DNA from: an uncultured Gemmatimonadales bacterium
Lineage (GTDB): Bacteria; Gemmatimonadota; Gemmatimonadetes; Gemmatimonadales; GWC2-71-9
DNA length: 64,000 nucleotides
Assembly: GCA_963842945.1 (NCBI GenBank)
Contig: CAWJIM010000020.1
Span: 64,001 to 128,000 of the forward strand
Reading direction: 5' to 3'
Each line of letters starts with the position of its first letter. The stretch's first letter is position 1. The position numbers and the translations under genes were made by a program. Below are positions 53,913-64,000 of this stretch, one piece after another. The notes beneath the pieces are model-generated. The model was not told the origin of the DNA. It was given only the letters and a program-made list of their open reading frames with translations, and did not search any database.

Positions 53913-55730
53913 CTCTCGCAACCGTGGTTCACTGCCATGGCCAGGCTGTCGCTTCTGGCCCTGAACACCTCGAACGGAGGGACTGGCGCAAGCTTCTCGT
54001 ATCGAGTCCCCAAAGCGCCGGCGATGCGAACGGAGGCGGGGGTATTGTACTTATCCGTGGGGTTGTAAAACACGAGCTTGGGCGGATGGCAACGAATCAC
54101 ATCCAGCACCGAGTCAAGATCCGCGGTGGACCTGACCCCGAGCGCCGTGTTGTAGAACCTGAATGGGTTGGTCCGGCGCCCGAGAAAATACAGCTCGGCG
54201 TTGGTTGGAAGTGCGAAGATCGTGTCGCCTGGCTGAGTCTCGCGGTCGATCAGTCTAACCAGTGACTGGTAGAGCTGCGCTTCCGCGGCGTCGACGTATA
54301 TCCCCGCAACCGGAGACGGGAGGGGTGTAGACTGGAAAGCGCCGTTCGCCCGCAACGGTACCCTGAAGAGGGAGGTTACCGGCATTGCCGCCTGGTAGTA
54401 CAGTGCCACGCCAGCGATCACGGCTCGAGACCGCCACCGTGAACCTCTGGTGCTCCCGCATTTGCCTCGGCAGTCAGGAGCAAGATGGCAGTCAGACTCA
54501 GTCCGACGGTATAAAACAGGTAAATCGGTAACTGGTAGTGCAGTGACACCAGGGCATAGAACGTGGCAATCACCGGCAAGGGGTGAATGCTCGAGCGGCT
54601 GCCACGAACGAGCGCGCGGAACAGGAGTACACCCAGCAGCGCCGAAATCAGGAGCAGGCAGGTGTACAAGCCAGCATTGAGGAGTCTGTCCAGATCACCG
54701 GAATGAAAGCCACGCCAGGCCAGGATTCCGATCATCAGGTACCCAGGTCTCTTCATGAACCCGAGAGTGGGGAGCGACATCGCGGCGCCGAAAGTATCCC
54801 GGAACCAGTCGTCCAAGGCTCCATGAGCGAGGTGGTAGGCGAGGAGCGGAAGAGGCCGAGACGAGAGCACCCCAGCGAAAGGTCACGCAGGAGCGCGAGC
54901 ACCTCCCGGTTGGATCGCCTCGTTCGCAGCCAGGCCCACAGCAAAACTGCGAGGGGCCACACGCCGAAAAGCAACCCAACCCACCGGGTCGGTGACCCGC
55001 AGGACGTACCAGGAGTGACCCACTGCGATCAGAGCAAGCATTGCACGCGCCAGCCGCGCCCGTCCATCGCTCCAGCACCTGGGCTTCTCCAAAAGCAGAA
55101 ACACCAGAACACCAGAGGCGAGGAATACGCCGGAGAGCTGGCGAAAGAGAAAGGCTGTGCCGACCAGAAACCCGGTCACGACATGGCGCCATCGCAGGCC
55201 AACGGACTCCACGAGAGCCAGGCAATGGTCATGACTGCGAGAAACAAGGCGTACCAATTGGCGGTTGGATTCAGAAACTGAACGAAACTGAGCGAGGTAA
55301 GCACCAGACCGCCAATCGAGGCGGTCGACGACTCCTCCACGCTTCAGAATCAGAAACATGAGTGCGGCTTGAATGACGGTCAGCAGCGCCAGCGGATACC
55401 GCATGCTGACCATGCGCACCCCAAACAGCGAGAACGCGGCCGCGTTCACGAAGTCGACATAGCCGGCGTGCAGGTCCTGAACGTCCCGGTGGAGCACCTG
55501 ACCCCAGCAGGATGCGCTCGGCAACGTGGGCATAAATGCCCTCATCGGCCGGCGCCCAGAAGCGATTGTGATAAATGAACATGATGATGGTGCTGATCAG
55601 CACCACCAGGATAAGAGCGACCGCGGACCGGAGATCCCAGGCACTCGGATCTCGACCCGGCGTTCGCGTCCGGGTCGCTGGCAATCACCTCGGAGGGATC
55701 GTCCCGGATCGGGCTACGGGCCTCTGGCAT
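53909..55730 (-). CDS. Multi-pass membrane protein, GT-C (ArnT/PMT-like) glycosyltransferase candidate, frameshifted
   Basis: TM1 followed by ADEGIYAHVAERIL..G...HRD; many TM segments; soluble C-terminal TQPGDTIFALP..ELYFL..R.NP.R. Confidence 0.55.
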
Positions 55731-55816
55731 TGCCGCGCGTGGCCCCTGACGAGCAGCCTATCTCGATGGGAACGTCATCGGGCCAGGCGACCCAGGCCGG
55801 CGTCATGGCCTGACAG

Positions 55817-56536
55817 CTATCGCCGAGACGGAGTTTTTTTCGGCTCAGCTGTCGCTGCGGAGGAGTCGGGGCGGTCCGACTCTTCAGGGGTCGGAGTTTC
55901 AACTCGGCTCTCGGGCGGCTCCGGTAGGGTCAGGGTGCTCTGGCCCCGGGCATCCACCCCCATGCCGACTTTGGCGTCTCCGCTGCGGTCGGCAAATACC
56001 AGGGTGGAGGACCCACCCCGAACCAGGCTCAGCACCGTCCGCGTCGTTCCGTTCTCGTCGGCGAACAGCATGCTGACAGTCTGATCCGGGAGCAGCCCGA
56101 GTACCGCGCGGGAGCGGCCTGCGCGAGTCGCGGACCGTGATCCCGGAGGCGCCGTCCGCCATCGACAGTGAGGCTCAGGCCGGCCTTGCTTCCGGGAGAC
56201 TGGAGCTGAGCCGCATCGAGCCGTTGTCTGCGGTGGCCCAGGTGCCCCGAATGGCTCCGTTCGCGTCGCGCAGCAGGAATTGCCGGGCCTCGATCACATC
56301 GGCCACGGTGCCGGGGAGACCGTGGCGAGCGGACACGATGACCAGCGCGGTGGCCAGCCCGAGCAGAAGCGCGCCGGTCACCACCGTGCCCATCCAGAGC
56401 CGCCGAAGCCGCCGATTCTCCCGGGCCTGCTCCTCGATCCGGATGGAGAGCCCGCGCTCCAGCTCGTGCATCTGACGGCGGATGGGGTCCACCGGGACGT
56501 CTGGCGTAAAGGGATCGCCCGGCCGGAGCCGGTCAT
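55817..56536 (-). CDS. Bitopic membrane hypothetical protein with short beta repeats (frameshifted)
   Basis: Coiled coil, TM helix, then EARQFLLRDANGAIRG / LFADENGTTRTVL / VFADRSGDAKVGM repeats. Confidence 0.6.
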
Positions 56537-57878
56537 CCGGCACCACTCTCCAGGAAGTACGACCGGCAGGCCCGATCGGACCAGCTCAGGCGTGAGTTCC
56601 GGCTTGATCTCCCGGTACTTCGCGATATCCCCCACATGGGCAATCAGATCGCGTGGATGGCAGCCCCGGGGAGGAATCCCGAGCTTATCGTAGAACTCGC
56701 TGAAGATGTAGGTCACCGCATCGGGGGTCGTAACTCACACTCTGGCTCAGGCACATCGGCCCGGAAGATCTCCTCGTACTGAGCCCGGGTAGGATCCACC
56801 ACAGGGATTTTGTAATGAATCCGGCGGAGAAAGGCCTCCTCGACCAGCTCGGTGGGATCGAGGTTCGTGGCGAAGATCAGCAGGCAATCGAACGGTACCG
56901 GGAACTTGCCGCCGGTGTGGAGAGTCAGATAATCGATCCGCTTCTCCAGCGGCACGATCCAGCGGTTGAGCAGATCGCGGGGGGGAACCCGCTGCCGGCC
57001 GAAGTCATCGATGATCAGGACTCCGCCGTTGGCCTTCACCTGGAAGGGAGCCTGGTACAGCTTGGTGAACGGATCGTATCGCAGGTCGAGCTGGTCCAGC
57101 GTCAGCTCGCCGCCGGTGAGGACTACCGGTCGCTTTACCCGGGCATACCGCCGGTCATAGCCGGGGCCGCTCCGCCAGAGCGACTCTATCCCAGTTGCCT
57201 CGTCCTCGGTCTCGATCTCCTGGTGGTGGACCGGGTCGAATACCAGCATGATTTGGCCTTCGATATCCACCGCATACGGCAGATACAGCTCTCCGCCCAG
57301 CATCTCGGGAGATGGCCTCCGCAATGGCCGTCTTCCCGTTCCCTGGGTGGCCATACAGAAAGATGGATTTCGAGGAGTTGACCGCCGGGCCCGAGGATCT
57401 CGAAGATCGACGTGGGATTCAGCACCAGGTGGCTGAATCCCGCTTGCAGCGATTCCTGGGTGACGTGGGCCTGCTGAATCGATTGTGCGTGGATCCAGCT
57501 GGGGTACTGGGAGAGCAGGCACCGGCGCCGGTCCTACGTACTGGCTGGCCTCGAGTGCCTCCTTGGCCCGGTCTCTCCCGTCATTCCCCAGGTCGAACAG
57601 ATAACTGCCGCGATGGGGTGCCGTGGTGCCCCGGACCTCGATGAATCTGCGCTGCTGCAGGGTGAGCAGCTCCTCATCCACCAGGGGGAAGGGCAGCCGG
57701 AGGAAATTCGCGAGGTATTGGCCGGTGCGGCCTCCCTGCACGTAGAGCACCTTCAGGATCAGGTCGCGAACCGCGTCGGCCGAGAGGCCGGTGATCGGCC
57801 AGCGACTCGGGTACCGGCGGAATCGACGGCGATTCCGTGAGGTCCGTGCCTTCGGTGATGGACTGGGGTGGCGCTCAC
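56533..57878 (-). CDS. Tad-locus-associated AAA ATPase (frameshifted)
   Basis: SQYVGPAPV, LYGHPGNGKT, GGELTLDQLDL, KANGGVLIIDDFGRQ, FATNLDP, EAFLRRI, CHPRDL. Confidence 0.8.
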
Positions 57879-58279
57879 GTTACTGCCTCCGTCTCCGTCG
57901 ATCCGGGACGCGCAGCCGGAGCGTCGGCGGACCAGACCAGAACGTCGCCCACCAGGGTGCCTGAGCTCCTCCAGGGTTCCGGCCGGCAGCTCCAGCGCGT
58001 GCGCCGCCTTCCGGTGCCAGCGGGTTCGAGACCCGGGCGCGAAGCGATGGTAGCTGGCCACCACGGCCCCCTCGGCGTCCAGAAATGCCACGTCCAGGGG
58101 ATACCGCATGCCCATACATGTGGATCGACCGGCAGGGCGTAAGCAGCAGCCCCTCTCCCGGGTCGGGCGCCGGCCGGCGCCAGCATTCCCCGCAGTCGGG
58201 TCAACCAGCCGTCCGCCAGCCGAATCCGGCTCCCCAGCTCCCGATTATCCCGGGTGTTTACCACCCGTAAGAGCCGCAT
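57875..58279 (-). CDS. DUF192-family protein (frameshifted)
   Basis: ADGWLTRLRGML, GMRYPLDVAFLD, ALELPAG, VGDVL. Confidence 0.8.
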   Translation of the reverse strand: MRLLRVVNTRDNRELGSRIRLADGWLTRLRGMLAPAGARPGRGAAAYALPVDPHVWACGIPWTWHFWTPRGPWWPATIASRPGLEPAGTGRRRTRWSCRPEPWRSSGTLVGDVLVWSADAPAARPGSTETEAVT

Positions 58280-59208
58280 TAGAGCTTGCTGAAGGTCCGG
58301 TAGATCGCGAGCGCCGACGGCCCGATCACCACGACGAACATCGCCGGGAAAACGAAGAGCACCAGGGGGAAGACCAGCTTGATCGTCGTCTTTGCCGCGG
58401 CCTCCTCTGCCCGCTGGCGCCGCTTGGTGCGCATGGTGTCGGAATGGACCCGGAGCGCGTCGGCCACCGAGGTTCCGAAGCGGTCGGTCTGGATCATCAT
58501 GCTTACCAGGGACTTGATGTCGGCCAGGCCGGTGCGCTCGGCGAAGTTCTTGAGGGCCTCATCTCGCGGGCGTGCCGGCCCGCATCTCCAGGTTGACCAT
58601 GGCGAGCTGTTCGCTCATGACCGGGCTCACGTGGTCGATCTCATCGGCCACCCGGACCAATGCCTGGTTGAGTCCCAGCCCGGCCTCCACGCAGACCACC
58701 AGCATATCCAGCATGTCGGCCAGGGCGAGCTGGACCTCCTTCTGCCGAGCCTTGAGCCGGCTCCGACGTAGAACGTGGGGCCGATCCATCCCATGGCCCC
58801 GAGCCAGACAGACTGCCCAGCAGGACCTGTGTTCGGCGCGACGCCCGAGCAAGGGCAAACCGAGCAGAGCCCAGCGACGGGCAGTCCGACTGCCAGGCTC
58901 ACCCGCGATGCCCAGTAGATCGAAACCGCGCTAGGGTCGGGGAAGCCCGCCTGAATCAGGAACAGCCGGACAGCGGTGGTGTCCTTCCGGCCGCCTCCCA
59001 CCTGCTGCCCGAGCGCCTGCAGCACACTCATCAGTCGCTCGGACCTGGCCTGGCGCCGGCGGCGGGCCAGTGCGCATCCTGGTCGCTCGCCGGTCTGCAT
59101 CTGATCCAGGCGGCCGACCACGGCGCCCTGTCCCGGCCGCAACTGCATCAGCGTCAGGGCAAACAGGGCGACGGTCAACGCCGTCAGGATGACGATTATG
59201 GCGAGCAT
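58279..59208 (-). CDS. tadC: Tad secretion TadC (T2SS F family), frameshifted
   Basis: [54 protein letters not shown]. Confidence 0.88.
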
Positions 59209-59215
59209 GAGAGTC

Positions 59216-60201
59216 TCAGATCTCGATTTTGATGATCTTGCGGATCCAGAGGAATCCGACCAGCTGCATGGATATTGCCACACCGACCAGGATCTTTCCG
59301 ATCGGGTCGGTGAAGAGAATCGACATGTACTTGGATTCAGCATGTACAGAATCGAGAACAGAGATGATCGGCAGAGCCGACAGGAGATAGCCGGTCATCC
59401 GGCCCTGGGCGGTGTAGACCCTGAGCTGCCGCCGGATGGTGAAGCGGGCCCGCACCACGGCAGCCAGATTGTCCAGAATCTCGGCCAGGTTGCCGCCCAC
59501 CTCGCGCTGAATCAGGATGGCGGTGACCAGAATACGAACGTCCACCAGGTTGACCCGGTCGGCCATTCCGAGCAGCGAATCCTGCAGCGGCAAGCCGAAC
59601 CGCTGCTCCTCGAAGATCCTGCGAAACTCGCCGGCTACCGGCTCGGGACCATCGTCCGCCGCCATCTTGAACCCGGCGGTCAGCGGGTGGCCGGCCCGAA
59701 GCGCCCGGCCTACCAGATCGATCGAGTCGGGCAGCAACTCCTCGAAGGCGTTGAGTCGCTTGGTGCGCTTGCGCCGAACATAGAAGATGGGCAGCATGGC
59801 GCCGAACATCGGTGGCAACAAGTCCGGCCAGCACCGAGCCGGTCGCGATCAGCGATCATGCTCCCGAGCCCCAGCGCCATGCCCAGCGACAAAATAATCA
59901 GCGTCTGCAGCTCCAGGAGACATCCGGCCTGCTGGAGCAGCGAATTCGGCATCCCGAAGCTGCGGCACCCGAGAGATGATTGGCCGGAGCCAGGGGGACT
60001 GCAAGACCGCCGAGCGGAAAACGCTGGAGCCCTGGCCACCGCCCGCGAGCGGGTCATTGGCGAGGGAGCGGAGGTGATCCACCATGTTGCGCTTGCGCTG
60101 CTGCTCCTGGAGCCACTCCCAGAGGAGCACCAGCGAGACCGTAGCCAGCGCGACGGTCAGGAAGGCGACCAGGGCCGGCACCAGGATACTGGCTGGCAGT
60201 C

Positions 60202-60208
<7 letters not shown>
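59216..60208 (-). CDS. tadB: Tad secretion TadB (T2SS F family), frameshifted
   Basis: [40 protein letters not shown]. Confidence 0.88.
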
Positions 60209-61660
<1,452 letters not shown>

Positions 61661-61663
61661 GCT

Positions 61664-62928
61664 CTATTTTCCTCCCTCTCGCCGCTTGGCGAGCTTGCCC
61701 ATGATGCCTCTGGAACGGTGCCGCCAGGGCTTGACTCAGCCGGGAGCGCTGTGACCGTGTTCGTCCTGCACCCCGGTCACCTGTGCGGCCAGCCCCGCGA
61801 GATCTCGGGTGTAGGGAGAGCCGCCATTCAGCACAATGGGCTTTCCGGCGTTCACCGAGCTCATGACCGCTTCGTACTCGTTGCTGACCTTCCAGAACAC
61901 CTTCAGTCCCAGGCTTCGCTCGACGTCCGCCACCGAGACCGTGTCATCGGGATCATAGCGGTTGAGAATCAGGCGCACCTGTTCCTCACCCTTCGTGAGC
62001 ACCCGCTTGAAGAGTGGCATCCCGCGCTGAATGTTCCGGAGCGAGGGCAGGTCGGCGCACGGTGACGAGGAACAGCAGGTCAGCCTGCTCGAAAACGGCG
62101 AGGGTGGTAGGAGCAAAGGAGCGCGGGGTATCCACCACGACGTAGTCGTAGTGCTGGCGCAGGAAGGCCAGGATCCGGCGAATCTGTTCCGCGTGTCACC
62201 GAGTCGGCCTTCTCCGGGCTCCACCGGGCGCCGACAAGAGGTCTATTCCGGAGGGGTGGTGGTCGATGTAGGAGGCCAGCAGTCCGGCATCCATCCGCCG
62301 GAAGTTCTCGACAAAGTCGATGAAGTTGAACCGGGGCTTGATGCCGAGCACCAGCGCGCTCTCCCCCAGCTCGAGATCCAGATCCACCACCAGCGTCTTC
62401 GTCTTGGTGGCTCGGTGGATCAGGATGGCGAGGTTGGTGGCCAGGGTGGTGGACCCACTGCCGCCCTTGGCGCTGAAGAAGGAGAGGATCTTCCCGGGCT
62501 CCCGCTGCTTGTCGCCGTCCGGCTTTCGAAGCTTGTGCGCGGAGCGAATGGCCGCGGCTCGGAGATCTTCGGGAGCCACCGGCTTGGGCAGGTAGTCTGA
62601 GACCCCGGCCCGCATGGCCAGCATCAGCTGGTCACTGGTGAGCACCGGCCCGGTGGCGATGAAGAGTTGCGCCGGATTCAGCTCAACCAGGTACTGCGCC
62701 AGCTGGATCCCGAGCTCCGGGCTTTCCTCCAGGTCCAGGATGATGAGCTCGGGCGCCACCGCTCGGAGCGCCTGCACCTGTTGCTCGCCGAACTGGTAGA
62801 GCGGCGACGTGAGCTCCAGCTCCAGGGTAACCGGCCGCTCGGGGCCGCTCAGCAGCTGCTTGACCTGGCGTCACGAAGCTGGAATCACTGGAGATCAGCG
62901 CGGCGCGCGGAAGCTGAGAGTCGCTCAC
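61664..62928 (-). CDS. cpaE: CpaE/TadZ-like receiver + MinD-type ATPase (frameshifted)
   Basis: Receiver-like [46 protein letters not shown]. Confidence 0.82.
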
Positions 62929-62942
62929 GAGGCGGCTCGACC

Positions 62943-64000
62943 CTACTTGATGAGCATCAGGTCGTCTTGATCAGTGCCGGTGGTCTGCCGGACCGCCCAC
63001 GCCGGCCCTGGACACAAACCCCAGGAACCTGCGCGGTGATCGGTGCCTTGCATTGGCACCCGGTGCAGCCAGGGGGGCGCTGGTCCACGAACATCTTGGC
63101 AAAGTTGTTGAACACGATCGGATTATTCGTGCTGGAGTCAGGATGTCGCCGGGGCTGTAGAGAGCCACGATCACGACGCGAGGGCTGTCGGTCAGCCAGT
63201 CGTCCCCGGCACTCCGAACCATCCACGCTGTTCGTGGCATCATTCCAATGGGCTGCCGGATCGTACCCGATCCGCGTGTCCCAGGCCGGACTGATCGGTC
63301 CCACCTGGCCCCATTGCCGGCCGCTGCGTTATATCCGTCACCGCCGACCGTCACGCACGTCGCAGGACTCATCGGTGATCTTGCCGGCCACGCACCTGCG
63401 CGCTGTTGGCGTCATTAGAATTAAGCCCCAGGCGAAATAGTTGGAGCTGGTGGTCCCGTCCTTGGAGTCGAACGTCATGACCGTGATCTGACGGCCGTAG
63501 TCATTGGTCTTGTGCAGCAGTGCATTGCCGGTAGCCAGACCATTCCGGTAGTTGGACCCGTAGCCGTATCGTGCCGGGTCGTACTCGTCGACGCCCTGAT
63601 CGAATTCCCAGTGCTCCCTCTCCTGAGCATCCATGTATCCTGCGCCGTTGTTGTTTTGCGGTCCATCTGATAATTCCACAGCCCGTCCGTTGCACATACT
63701 CCTCAGGAGGGGCGTTTTTTCCGCTCCCGGCGTACGTCGTTGTTCTTCCAGATGTCCGGCATCGCGACCGGCATTACGCAGGCCGCCTTGCTGGTCTCGT
63801 ACACGTCCGCTGCGGCCATGGCGTTGATGCCGCATGGTCCCATGATCTGCCTAAAATGCTGGCGAACCAGAGTGGATTCCGCCGCTGGTGTACGATGACC
63901 GTCACCCTCTGCTCTGGCAAGTCCACGACCACGCGTCGACCTCGCGGATCGGTGATCGGCAACTCTGATGGACCTCGTGCTTCTTGGCATATTCAGGGCC
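62943..64000 (-). CDS. TadG-like minor pilin / pilus assembly protein (5' end outside window, frameshifted)
   Basis: VTVIV..R.NPLWFASILG, AMAAAD, CVMPVAMPD, DSPRVVIVALYSP, FNNFAKMFV; position in the Tad locus. Confidence 0.6.

Overview
High-GC bacterial chromosome segment. Gene order and protein style suggest Gemmatimonadota (inference). Many single-base frameshifts in essential genes point to an unpolished long-read assembly, so frameshifted gene boundaries are approximate. 0-12 kb: ECF sigma / DUF6702 / HupE-UreJ / TPR / 2x DUF4331 cluster, SRPBCC, a UvrA paralog, and a CarH/LitR-type B12 photoreceptor next to a beta-barrel + DUF378 unit whose promoter has CarH-like operator repeats. 11-43 kb: housekeeping superoperons (pepA, yicC-gmk-rpoZ-coaBC-udg-dnaB-radA-ispD-tsaC-ptp-aroE-comF-gap-pgk-tpiA-fpg, secG-carA, HU-moaDEA-trmL, mdh-sdhCAB). 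43-64 kb (minus strand): two M1 peptidases, dcd, UDP-glucuronate decarboxylase, an amino-sugar glycosylation cluster and a Tad/Flp pilus locus. The most striking unexplained structure is about 10 paired, inverted 7-8-mer tandem arrays at gene junctions and in protein linkers of the core operons, always with the purine-rich arm first. One pair encloses a lower-GC, antisense four-helix-bundle (23S rRNA-IVP/Avd-like) gene. A pair with the same repeat unit between sdhA and sdhB is empty. This suggests a repeat-bracketed cassette system with filled and empty sites.
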